The translations under genes and the position numbers were made by a program. 64,000 nucleotides of DNA from Gemmatimonadales bacterium (GTDB taxonomy: Bacteria > Gemmatimonadota > Gemmatimonadetes > Gemmatimonadales > GWC2-71-9). The stretch's first letter is position 1; each line of letters starts with the position of its first letter. Shown here in pieces: positions 16,757-24,398 of this stretch. Location of the stretch: the NCBI GenBank assembly GCA_035488835.1, contig DATHKX010000057.1, positions 21,149 to 85,148 of the forward strand, in the 5' to 3' direction. The notes beneath the pieces were generated by a model. It searched no databases. It worked only from the letters and a program-made list of their open reading frames with translations, and was not told the origin of the DNA.

Positions 16757-17800
16757 ATGCGTGCATGGCCAGACCTGACTGAATACCATGAGGCGGTTCA
16801 GCACCCGCCAAAGGCTTTTGCCGACCCAGGATTGAAAGCGGTCACCCTCGAGCTCGATCGGTTCGGTATGCCCAAGCCGGCCACCGGCGGCAACGCCGTG
16901 GTCTACAAGGCCAACGAACCGGGCGGACTTTTGACATTCAAGAAGACCTGGGCAATTCGCTGCTTCCTGCGCCCGATCAGCGACCATGCCGAACGTTATG
17001 AGGCGATCTCCAAACATCTTCGCAAGGTGCGCCTGCCCTATGATGTCAATTTTCAGTTTCTCAAGCAGGGCATTCAAATTCGCTCCAACTGGTTCCCTAT
17101 CGTCAAAATGCAATGGGCCAAGGGCGACCTTCTGCACAGTCACATTGAGAAGCATCTAGGCTATCCGGCCGCACTGGCGGCATTGCGGGTAAAATGGGTC
17201 ACACTTGTTCGCCACCTCGAAGCCGCCCAGGTGGCGCACGGCGATTTACAGCACGGTAATATCCTGGTGCGCGGCGGATCGATCCAGTTGGTGGACTACG
17301 ACGGCATGTGGGTGCCGGCCTTACGGGGCCGCCACGCCACGGAAATCGGCCACCGTGCCTACCAACATCCCGAACGGAGCGAGCAAGACTACGGCCAAGA
17401 GATTGATCGTTTTTCAGCTCTCGTCATTTATCTATCGCTGGCGGCGCTGGAGAGGGATGTCACCCTGTGGGAACGTTTTCATACCGGCGACAATCTGATC
17501 TTCGTGCGCGAAGATTTCCAGCAGTTGGGTCGATCGGCAATTTGGCAACAATTACGCCGTATCGGATCGGGGGAAATCGATCAGCTCGCCGCTGTCGTGG
17601 CGGCCATGGCGCAGCAGCATCCGATGAAGGTCAGCAATCTCGATAGCGTTCTCCAAAATCCGGCGAGCTACAAGTTCCCTAGCTCGATTCCGGCGTCGAC
17701 TCCGCCCCAGCGAGTCGCTCCCAAGCCGGCGCGCGTGCCGACGCCGCCAGTGCCGAGTTGGATGAAAAAGGGCGGTTATCGTGATCATTCGGATGACTGA
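16757..17800 (+). CDS. Ser/Thr protein kinase-like protein with Pro-rich tail
   Basis: RBS GGAGAGG upstream. Gly-loop-like TGGNAVVYKA, catalytic loop HGDLQHGNIL, a DYDG (DFG-equivalent) motif and GHRAYQHPER are present. The gene starts 2 nt after the PP2C stop. Confidence 0.8.
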   Translation: MRAWPDLTEYHEAVQHPPKAFADPGLKAVTLELDRFGMPKPATGGNAVVYKANEPGGLLTFKKTWAIRCFLRPISDHAERYEAISKHLRKVRLPYDVNFQFLKQGIQIRSNWFPIVKMQWAKGDLLHSHIEKHLGYPAALAALRVKWVTLVRHLEAAQVAHGDLQHGNILVRGGSIQLVDYDGMWVPALRGRHATEIGHRAYQHPERSEQDYGQEIDRFSALVIYLSLAALERDVTLWERFHTGDNLIFVREDFQQLGRSAIWQQLRRIGSGEIDQLAAVVAAMAQQHPMKVSNLDSVLQNPASYKFPSSIPASTPPQRVAPKPARVPTPPVPSWMKKGGYRDHSDD

Positions 17801-18159
17801 GGATCATCGGCGGCATTGCTCGTCGCTGACCCTTTCCATCCACTCGACATTTTTGCCGTAGTGACTGCGTCGGCCGGATCGGCTTGCGGCACACGCTCGG
17901 CAGTACAAACCCAGCGCCTCACGAGACACCGAAGCCCGTCACGTAACTCTAGCCCCGCACACAGCGCCGGAATAGCAACGCGCGCGCGTGCGGAATCATG
18001 AGCGCGCGGCTCGTCCGGTCGCGGCGGGCGCACATGATGCTTGTCCACCATGCCGGAAGGGTGATCGCACGGGCTTTGACGCGATCCTCGGCTCGACGGC
18101 GGCGAGTGGAGGCGCCTGACCCCAATGGCCGCGACGCGGCAAGTTGTTGCGGTAGAAAG

Positions 18160-18243
18160 CGGAGGGCACAGGACTCGAACCTGTACGGGCTTGCGCCCAG
18201 CGGTTTTCAAGACCGCCGCCTTACCAGTTAGGTCTAGCCCTCC
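18160..18243 (-). tRNA. tRNA-Ser (anticodon UGA)
   Basis: Reverse complement reads GGAGGGC-TA-GACCTAACTGGTAAGGC-G-GCGGT-CTTGAAA-ACCGC-(variable arm GGGCGCAAGCCC)-ACAGG-TTCGAGT-CCTGT-GCCCTCC-G. The acceptor, anticodon and T stems pair. The D-stem has one A/G mismatch. Confidence 0.85.
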
Positions 18244-18245
18244 CG
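18205..18245. repeat. 41-bp direct repeat, copy A (tRNA-Ser 5' end through anticodon loop, plus 2 nt)
   Basis: tttcaagaccgccgccttaccagttaggtctagccctcccg is identical base for base to 19283-19323. The flanking bases differ on both sides. Confidence 0.95.
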
Positions 18246-18262
18246 TGTTACTGCGCTTGAAC

Positions 18263-18667
18263 TTAGCGGCTCAGTGGTACCGTCAGAAGGCCCGATTTTG
18301 TCGCTCCTTTGCCGTTCGGCGCGGCAAAGCGCCGACCGACGGCGGCCGCAAGGTCCGCTTCATCAATCACGTTGTACCTGTCAAACATCGCGTGCGTGCG
18401 CCAGCCGCACAGTCGCATAATCTCACCCTCCGATACGCGGCGCCCGACACCGCCGCGCTGGCCGGGTTCAAAATTCACGGCCAACAACACGGCATCCCCG
18501 GCGTAGAGGGCGCACGTCAGCACCAAGTCCCGGCTCGTCGCGGTTGCGCAAACGCAGGTCGGCCCGCGCTGTGTCACGGCTTCGCCTTCTCTTGCTGTCG
18601 GAGCCATTCGCGCAACTGGCCCAACGGTCGCTCCAAGGACGGCGCGTCCTTCATCGCACTGATCCAC
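18263..18667 (-). pseudogene. Tyrosine recombinase (integrase) remnant
   Basis: RRVSEGEIMRLCGWRTHAMFDRYNVIDEADLAAAV matches the integrase C-terminal Tyr box. The expected HxLRR box is degraded to FEPGQRGG. The N-terminal two thirds are absent, and the upstream part overlaps another small ORF. Confidence 0.7.
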
Positions 18668-18816
18668 CGCTGCGTGAGCGGAGCGTCGCCGTGTCCCGTG
18701 GGCAGCCAGCCGTTGCGGTAGTGCTCGGTCAGGGCCAGCTCGCCAATGCCCACGAGCCGGAACAGTTGGTGCGCCTGCGCGGCGGTGAGCACGAGGCTAA
18801 AGGTTGGCTCGGTCAT
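18574..18816 (-). CDS. Small hypothetical protein (80 aa) of the relic element
   Basis: An internal ATG is preceded by GGAGA at appropriate spacing. The product begins MTEPTFSLVLTAAQAHQLFRLVG. No family recognised. Confidence 0.45.
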   Translation of the reverse strand: MTEPTFSLVLTAAQAHQLFRLVGIGELALTEHYRNGWLPTGHGDAPLTQRWISAMKDAPSLERPLGQLREWLRQQEKAKP

Positions 18817-18865
18817 TCTGTCTCCGTTGCGTCGTCGCGTTTTGGCGCGCAGTTTCAGCGCGAGC

Positions 18866-18891
18866 GCCGATAATAGTGGCCGATAATAGTG
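18866..18891. repeat. Perfect tandem 13-mer (gccgataatagtg x2) in a divergent intergenic region
   Basis: 18866-18878 and 18879-18891 are identical. Each copy contains a TAATAG -10-like hexamer. The repeat lies between the divergently oriented small genes. Confidence 0.85.
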
Positions 18892-18930
18892 AAGGAAGGA
18901 TTGAGGGGCATAACAAAGGGAGGTAGCCCA

Positions 18931-19176
18931 ATGGCCGACAAGGTACCATGTCCGGTATGTGGCGCAGCCTCTGACGGCGGCTACAGCATCGGTGACAGCA
19001 CGGTGTTCAAGTGTCTGCATTGTGGCGGCTATCGCTTGGCGGGAACGGTTATCGCGTTGTTTGAGAAGGGCACCTTGCGGAAGCCAGACCCGAAGGCGTT
19101 CCTGGACCTGGTGCGGCGCAAGCGCGGCAGCTCGCGCGAGTATCCCGTCATAATCCCGGCCGACCTTGGCGGATAA
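18931..19176 (+). CDS. Small zinc-ribbon protein (81 aa)
   Basis: RBS AGGGAGG lies 7 nt upstream of the ATG. CPVC...CLHC forms a four-Cys ribbon. The track ORF starts at an upstream GTG at 18889. Confidence 0.5.
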   Translation: MADKVPCPVCGAASDGGYSIGDSTVFKCLHCGGYRLAGTVIALFEKGTLRKPDPKAFLDLVRRKRGSSREYPVIIPADLGG

Positions 19177-19260
19177 AACTTTGTCGTAACTTTGCCGGCG
19201 GCGCGCTGCGGCACGCGTCAGGCGCGGTCCTACGGCGTCACAGTTAGCTATAAAAGCAAC

Positions 19261-19286
19261 GGCCCCGCTTGGGGCCGTTGTCTTTC
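19261..19286 (+). terminator. Intrinsic-terminator-like hairpin
   Basis: GGCCCC-GCTT-GGGGCC followed by gttgtctttc. It sits immediately before repeat copy B. Confidence 0.45.
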
Positions 19287-19323
19287 AAGACCGCCGCCTT
19301 ACCAGTTAGGTCTAGCCCTCCCG
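19283..19323. repeat. 41-bp direct repeat, copy B (orphan tRNA-Ser 5' half)
   Basis: Identical to 18205-18245. No tRNA 3' half follows it. Confidence 0.95.
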
Positions 19324-19359
19324 AACTGGAGGCAACCTAGCCGCGCGCCCGCGCGCCGG

Positions 19360-21693
19360 TCAACGCTCGGTCGGGGGGATGTACCCGTAGCTGGTGTTCT
19401 TGAACACCGAGTCGGCGAGCAGCAGGGCCCGGTTCGCGACCTCCGGGTTGGTGGACCGCAGCGCCTGCGCCAAAGACTGATACAACAGCCCGTACGTCGC
19501 GAGGATCCCTTCCGACGGCCGGTCCACCCAGCCGCGCGGGCGATGGCGCGCCGCGGCGTCCGCGTGATACACGCCGAAGGCGAGCGCCTCCGTGCGCGGC
19601 AGGTTCACGAAACCGAACACGGACATCAGCTTGATGCTGTCCCGCTCGGCGAGCGGCTGCGAGTGCAGCTTGCGCGCGAAGCCGTGCCCTTCGAGGTACC
19701 CGGTGAGGCCGAACTGGTCGGCGTACGGGCCCACCGTGCGCGAGTAGTAGATCGGCCGCTTGCCCATCTGGTCCTTGATCGCCTGAAGCACGATCACGTC
19801 CGCGCGCTCGAGATACTGGCGGCCGAGCTGCTGGGGATCGAGCGTGACCGTGACCCCGCCCAGGTTCGCGTACGTCTTGTGCTCGCCGAGCCAATACACA
19901 GGCTGCAGCGAGTCCTGCACGTAAGTGTCTGAGAAGCTGAGCAGCTTGCCCGTGGGCTTGGGCCAGGCACGGCCCCGGTAGATCGCGGGCGCCGTCGTGG
20001 AATCGAAGTTCGCAAGCGGCCGGCGCTGCAGCTGGCGCACATACCAGTCGGTGTTCGCGAGCGACAGGTTCACGACGGTCACGTCCTGGCGAACGTGCTC
20101 GACCTCCTGGGCGTACCACAGGGGGAAGGTGTCGTTGTCGCCCGCCGTCACGAGCACGCCGTAGGGCTCGACCGACTGCAGCAGGTCGTACGCGAAATCG
20201 CGCGCCAGGGTCTCACCCTTGCGCGAGGCGGTGAGATGATTCCCCCACAGCGGGATGAGCGCGAGTGCGAGCACCGGCGTCGCGAGCATCCAACGGCGGG
20301 CGCCGTCGGGCACGCGGAGCTCGAGGCCCTCGCTGATCCACTCCATGAGGGTCGCGAGCCCCATCCCGACCCACACACCCCACAGCGCGAACGACGCGAT
20401 GAAGAAGTAGTCGCGCTCGCGCACCTCTCGCGCGAGCTGCTTGTCGGCGTCCCACGAGTAGCCGTACTTGAAGTTCAAGTAAAAGATCAGGAGCAGCGTG
20501 AACGTGGCCATGAGTACGGTCATCGCGATCGCGCGGCGGCGGTCCGCCAGCCAATGGCGCACCGCGCCAAGCAGGCCGACCGCCCCGAACAGCACCGCCA
20601 GGCCGTACTGAATGTTGCGGGGAAAATCACGTCCCCATTGCCAACTGAAATACTGGAACCACATCCCGAGCTGGGCCCACAACGTCGCCTGCCGCTCCCA
20701 CACGGGCGGCTTGCCGTACTGCTGGCGAGTGAGCACGTCCCACAGCGCCTTCGCCGTCGTCGGCTCGCCTTCGTTGATGGGTGGGAAGTGCGCCGCGCGG
20801 AGCGGGAGGAAGAGGTAGACCGACACGCCCACGATCGCGACCAGCAGCACCGCGACCGCGAACTCCCAGTTGCGCGCCTGGATGAACGCGTACGCCAGCG
20901 CGCCGAGGAACAGCACGGCGGCGAGCTTCAACGGGCCCGAATTCTCGAGCCCGCTCGCCACGATCAGCGCGTAGACGCTGCAGAACACGAACCACTGCGA
21001 CCACTCGACCCGGCGCGCGGCGTCGTCCGCCGGCCGCTGGTCCTTGAGGAGCGGGTACAGCAGCACCAGGACCACCGGCCCCACCAGCACGCCCATCATA
21101 TGGTTGGTGGACGTCAGGGCGAGCAGGAACACGATCATCAGGAGATGATGGTCGTGCCCTTCGCCGGCGGGCTGATCGTCCCAGCGCACGATGAGCCACA
21201 GCACCAGGGCGATCGAGAGCAGCGACAGCGTGTAGACCTTCTCGTTCACCACCGACTGGTTCCACACGGTGAACGCCGTGGCCGCGGCGAGGGCCCCCGC
21301 TACGGCGGCGAGGCGGCGCGGCAGCCGCGCGGGCACCCACGCCCGCATCCAGCGCTCGCTCACCAGGAACCAGCACCCGGCCGCGATCGCGCTCGTGACG
21401 GCCGCCAGCAAGTTGATCCGCATGGCGTACCCTGCCGCGAGCGGCAACAGGCCCCACGTGTGGGCGATCAGCACGAACAGCGGATTGCCGGGCGGATGCG
21501 GGATCCCGAGCACGTAGGCGGCGGCGATGTATTCCGAGGTGTCCCAGAACTGCGTGGTGGGTGCGAGCGTCAACACGTACAGCACCAGGGCGCCCAGGGC
21601 CACGAGGCCCGCCCAGAGATACGGCGGACCCTCGGGTGTCACCGCGGCGTACGAAGGCTGGGAGAGCCGCTGAGGCTCGGTCATGGTCGTCAT
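19360..21693 (-). CDS. DUF2723-family polytopic membrane protein (glycosyltransferase-like)
   Basis: N-terminus ...[31 protein letters not shown] is typical of DUF2723. Many TM segments precede a large C-terminal soluble domain. 777 aa. Confidence 0.8.
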   Translation of the reverse strand: MTTMTEPQRLSQPSYAAVTPEGPPYLWAGLVALGALVLYVLTLAPTTQFWDTSEYIAAAYVLGIPHPPGNPLFVLIAHTWGLLPLAAGYAMRINLLAAVTSAIAAGCWFLVSERWMRAWVPARLPRRLAAVAGALAAATAFTVWNQSVVNEKVYTLSLLSIALVLWLIVRWDDQPAGEGHDHHLLMIVFLLALTSTNHMMGVLVGPVVLVLLYPLLKDQRPADDAARRVEWSQWFVFCSVYALIVASGLENSGPLKLAAVLFLGALAYAFIQARNWEFAVAVLLVAIVGVSVYLFLPLRAAHFPPINEGEPTTAKALWDVLTRQQYGKPPVWERQATLWAQLGMWFQYFSWQWGRDFPRNIQYGLAVLFGAVGLLGAVRHWLADRRRAIAMTVLMATFTLLLIFYLNFKYGYSWDADKQLAREVRERDYFFIASFALWGVWVGMGLATLMEWISEGLELRVPDGARRWMLATPVLALALIPLWGNHLTASRKGETLARDFAYDLLQSVEPYGVLVTAGDNDTFPLWYAQEVEHVRQDVTVVNLSLANTDWYVRQLQRRPLANFDSTTAPAIYRGRAWPKPTGKLLSFSDTYVQDSLQPVYWLGEHKTYANLGGVTVTLDPQQLGRQYLERADVIVLQAIKDQMGKRPIYYSRTVGPYADQFGLTGYLEGHGFARKLHSQPLAERDSIKLMSVFGFVNLPRTEALAFGVYHADAAARHRPRGWVDRPSEGILATYGLLYQSLAQALRSTNPEVANRALLLADSVFKNTSYGYIPPTER

Positions 21694-21696
21694 AGG

Positions 21697-23307
21697 TCAG
21701 TGCCTGAACTGTCGAATGCCGGTGAACACCATCGCCAAGTCCGCCTCATCGGCCGCCGCCACGACCTCGGCGTCCTTCACCGAGCCGCCCGGCTGGATGA
21801 TCGCGCGCACGCCCGCCCGCGCGGCTTCTTCTACCCCGTCCGCGAAGGGAAAGAACGCGTCGGAAGCTAACACGGCGCCCTTGGGATCGTGACCCTGCTG
21901 GCGCGCCTTGTGGATCGCCAGGAACGATGCGTCCACGCGCGACGTCTGCCCCGCGCCGATCCCGATCGCGGCCTCGTCACGGGCGAGCAGGATCGCGTTC
22001 GACTTGACCGCGCCCACGGCGCCCCAGGCGAAGCGCAGGTCGCGCCACTCGACGTCGCCTGGCGGCCTCCTGGTCACGACCTTCCAGCCGGTTTCATCCA
22101 TCACCTGCTGGATGTGGGAGCGCTGCTGCGCGAGGAACCCGCCCCGAATCCGCTTCCAGTCCCAACCGGCGGCCTCTCCGGCCGGGAGCCGCACGACGCG
22201 CAGGTTCTTCTTCTCCCGGAACACAGCGATGGCGTCGTCCGCGAACGCGGGTGCCACCACCACCTCGACGAACAGCTCTCGCATTGCCTCCGCCGCCGCG
22301 CGGTCCACCGCCACATTGAAGGCGATCACCGATCCGAACGCGGACGTGCGATCCGTGGCGAGGGCGCGCTCGTATGCCTCGCGCGCTGAGCGGCCCAGCG
22401 CGATGCCACACGGCGTGGTGTGCTTGATGATGGCGCACGCGGCGCGGTCGGCACCGCTCGAGCTCCAGGGCGCGACCGCCAGGAGCCCCGCGTCCAGGTC
22501 CAGCAGATTGTTGAACGACAGCTCTCTTCCGGAAAGCTGCTCCAGGTCGCGGATGCCGGGCTCCGCCGTCGCGTATAGGGCCGCGGCCTGGTGCGGATTC
22601 TCCCCGTAGCGGAGCTCCTGGCGGCGCTCGAGCGCGAGCGTGATCCGCTCGGGCCACCCGGGCGCGTCCTTGGTGAGGTAACCGTGGATCGCGGCGTCGT
22701 ACGCGGCTGTATGCGCGAACACCTTGGTGGCTAGGCGACGACGTAACCCCGGGTCGACTGACCCCGGGCGCGAGCCCGGGGTGCCCGGTCGGTCCTTGTT
22801 CCCCGGGCTGGCGCCCGGGGTCAGTTCGCCTTGCTTCAGCGCTGCTATCACCTGCGGATAATCGTCCGGATCGACAACAACGAACACGTCCTGGTGATTC
22901 TTCGCGGCCGAGCGGAGCATCGAGGGGCCGCCGATATCGATCTGCTCGATCGCCTGCTCGAAGGTGACGCCGGGCTTCGCGACCGTCTCGCGGAACGGAT
23001 AGAGGTTGACGACGACCAGGTCGATCGGCGTGATGCCGTGCTCGGCGAGCGCGGCGCGGTCCCCGGGATGGGCCCGGCGGGCGAGCAGGCCGCCGTGCAC
23101 CTTGGGGTGCAGCGTCTTCACTCGACCATCCATCATCTCGGGGAATCCCGTCACCTGCTCGATCGGGATCACGGAGATGCCCGCCTGGCGTAGGGCCTCC
23201 GCGGTGCCACCGGTGGAGACGATCTCCCAGCCGAGCGCGACCAGCTCGCGCGCCAGCTCCACGATGCCGCGCTTGTCCGACACCGACAGCAGGGCTCGTG
23301 CCTTCAC
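21697..23307 (-). CDS. purH: Bifunctional AICAR transformylase / IMP cyclohydrolase
   Basis: [36 protein letters not shown] (MGS-like IMPCH N-terminus) plus a full AICARFT domain ending ...[11 protein letters not shown]. Confidence 0.93.
   Translation of the reverse strand: MKARALLSVSDKRGIVELARELVALGWEIVSTGGTAEALRQAGISVIPIEQVTGFPEMMDGRVKTLHPKVHGGLLARRAHPGDRAALAEHGITPIDLVVVNLYPFRETVAKPGVTFEQAIEQIDIGGPSMLRSAAKNHQDVFVVVDPDDYPQVIAALKQGELTPGASPGNKDRPGTPGSRPGSVDPGLRRRLATKVFAHTAAYDAAIHGYLTKDAPGWPERITLALERRQELRYGENPHQAAALYATAEPGIRDLEQLSGRELSFNNLLDLDAGLLAVAPWSSSGADRAACAIIKHTTPCGIALGRSAREAYERALATDRTSAFGSVIAFNVAVDRAAAEAMRELFVEVVVAPAFADDAIAVFREKKNLRVVRLPAGEAAGWDWKRIRGGFLAQQRSHIQQVMDETGWKVVTRRPPGDVEWRDLRFAWGAVGAVKSNAILLARDEAAIGIGAGQTSRVDASFLAIHKARQQGHDPKGAVLASDAFFPFADGVEEAARAGVRAIIQPGGSVKDAEVVAAADEADLAMVFTGIRQFRH
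22757..22825. repeat. GC-rich palindromic element inside the purH linker
   Basis: The arms 22758-22781 and 22801-22824 are reverse complements at 23/24 positions, with a 19-nt loop. Five CCCGGG sites fall within 22748-22819. Confidence 0.85.
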
Positions 23308-24398
23308 CAGGTCTCGGCCACGGCCCGGATGATGTCGGCGAGGCTCACCACGTCCTTCAGGTCGATCACCTCGGCGGGGGAATGGGAGTAGCGCAGCGGC
23401 CAGCCGATGGCGACGTCCACCACACCGTACGGGGTGAATTCGGATCCGTCGTTGCCGCCGTTGGTGGTTCCGATTTGCAGCGCGACGCCGCGCGCCCGCG
23501 CCACCTGGACCAGGGAGTCCACGTAGGCGGGGGGCGTGATGGACGAGTTGTCCAGCGCCCGCGCCACCGCCCCCAGCCCGATCGGCGCCACGGCGAAGTT
23601 GGGCAGCTCGAGCGGCGAGTCCGCCGACACGAACGTGTCGATGGCGTGGACGCGCCGCGGCGTCGTGCCGAGCGACGCAGCCGCTGCGGCCGCGCCCTCG
23701 AGTCCGATTTCCTCGCGCACGCTCCAGATGAAAATCACCTGGTGCTTGAGCGCCGCGCGGTCCAGGTGCCGCAGCGCGAGGAGCTGTGCCGTCGAGCCGA
23801 CGCGGTCGTCGAACGACCGGCCCGTCGCCCGGGTGCCGGCCAGGCGCACGTACTGCTTCGGCATCGTCAGCGTCGCCCCGGGGCCTATGCCCCGAGCCAG
23901 GGTGGCCGCTCGCGAAGCGGTGCCCACGCTGACACGGAGCGGGGGAGGGGTGTGGCGCGTGAAGCCGGAGTCGCGCGGCAGGAAGACCCCGGCGACGATG
24001 CCCTTGTCAGTATGCACCAGCGCCGGTTTTGCCTCGAACAGGGACAAGATGAATCCGCCGCGGGTCTCGAGCTCGAGCGTGCCGTCGTCGCGGATCCCGG
24101 TCACCCGGAAGCCGATTTCGTCCAGGTGCGCGACGAACACGACCACCGGGTTACCCTGGCCGACCCGCACCCACAGGTTGCCCGCGGTGTCGGTCGAGGA
24201 CGTGGCCCACGCCGGCAGGAGTCGCTTCACCGTCTCCCGCACCGGGCCCTCGGCGCCGGAGACGCCGTAGGATTCCACGAGCGGGGCGAGGACGGCCTGC
24301 GCTTCGGAGATTCGCGTGGAATCTTGGGCGGACAGGCGGACCGGCGGACTGGCGGACAGAAGAAGCAGCGCCAGCACGCAGCCTCTGACCGTTCTCAT
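23304..24398 (-). CDS. M42-family metallopeptidase (exported)
   Basis: Signal MRTVRGCVLALLLLSASPPVRLSAQ. Metal-ligand contexts VAHLDEIGF, SFDDRVG, SVREEIGLEGA and LRYSHSPAE are present. Confidence 0.8.
   Translation of the reverse strand: MRTVRGCVLALLLLSASPPVRLSAQDSTRISEAQAVLAPLVESYGVSGAEGPVRETVKRLLPAWATSSTDTAGNLWVRVGQGNPVVVFVAHLDEIGFRVTGIRDDGTLELETRGGFILSLFEAKPALVHTDKGIVAGVFLPRDSGFTRHTPPPLRVSVGTASRAATLARGIGPGATLTMPKQYVRLAGTRATGRSFDDRVGSTAQLLALRHLDRAALKHQVIFIWSVREEIGLEGAAAAAASLGTTPRRVHAIDTFVSADSPLELPNFAVAPIGLGAVARALDNSSITPPAYVDSLVQVARARGVALQIGTTNGGNDGSEFTPYGVVDVAIGWPLRYSHSPAEVIDLKDVVSLADIIRAVAETW

Larger units (their letters stand above)
18246..19282. mobile_element. Relic integrative element (about 1.04 kb) between the 41-bp repeats
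   Basis: Bounded by perfect direct repeats of tRNA sequence. Contains a decayed integrase, two small divergent ORFs with good RBSs, octamer pairs near both ends and a terminal hairpin. Confidence 0.65.
14740..19323. mobile_element. Composite low-GC genomic island around tRNA-Ser(UGA)
   Basis: Hand-counted samples give 28/60 G+C at 15121-15180 and 30/60 at 16381-16440, against 42/60 at 20101-20160. The island contains a tRNA-like fragment, the vWA/PP2C/kinase triad, an intact tRNA, an integrase relic and a 41-bp direct repeat. The left boundary is approximate. Confidence 0.6.

Noticed and set aside
17785-18210. A 141-aa minus-strand ORF filling the gap between the kinase gene and the tRNA.
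   Set aside because: It overlaps the tRNA-Ser gene itself, has no RBS or recognisable domain and has a skewed composition. The 17801-18159 spacer is left unannotated.
18160-18243. Possibility that the UGA-anticodon tRNA is tRNA-Sec, given selA in the window.
   Set aside because: tRNA-Sec carries anticodon UCA (reading UGA). This tRNA has anticodon UGA (reading UCA, Ser), a normal 7-bp acceptor and a 5-bp T-stem.
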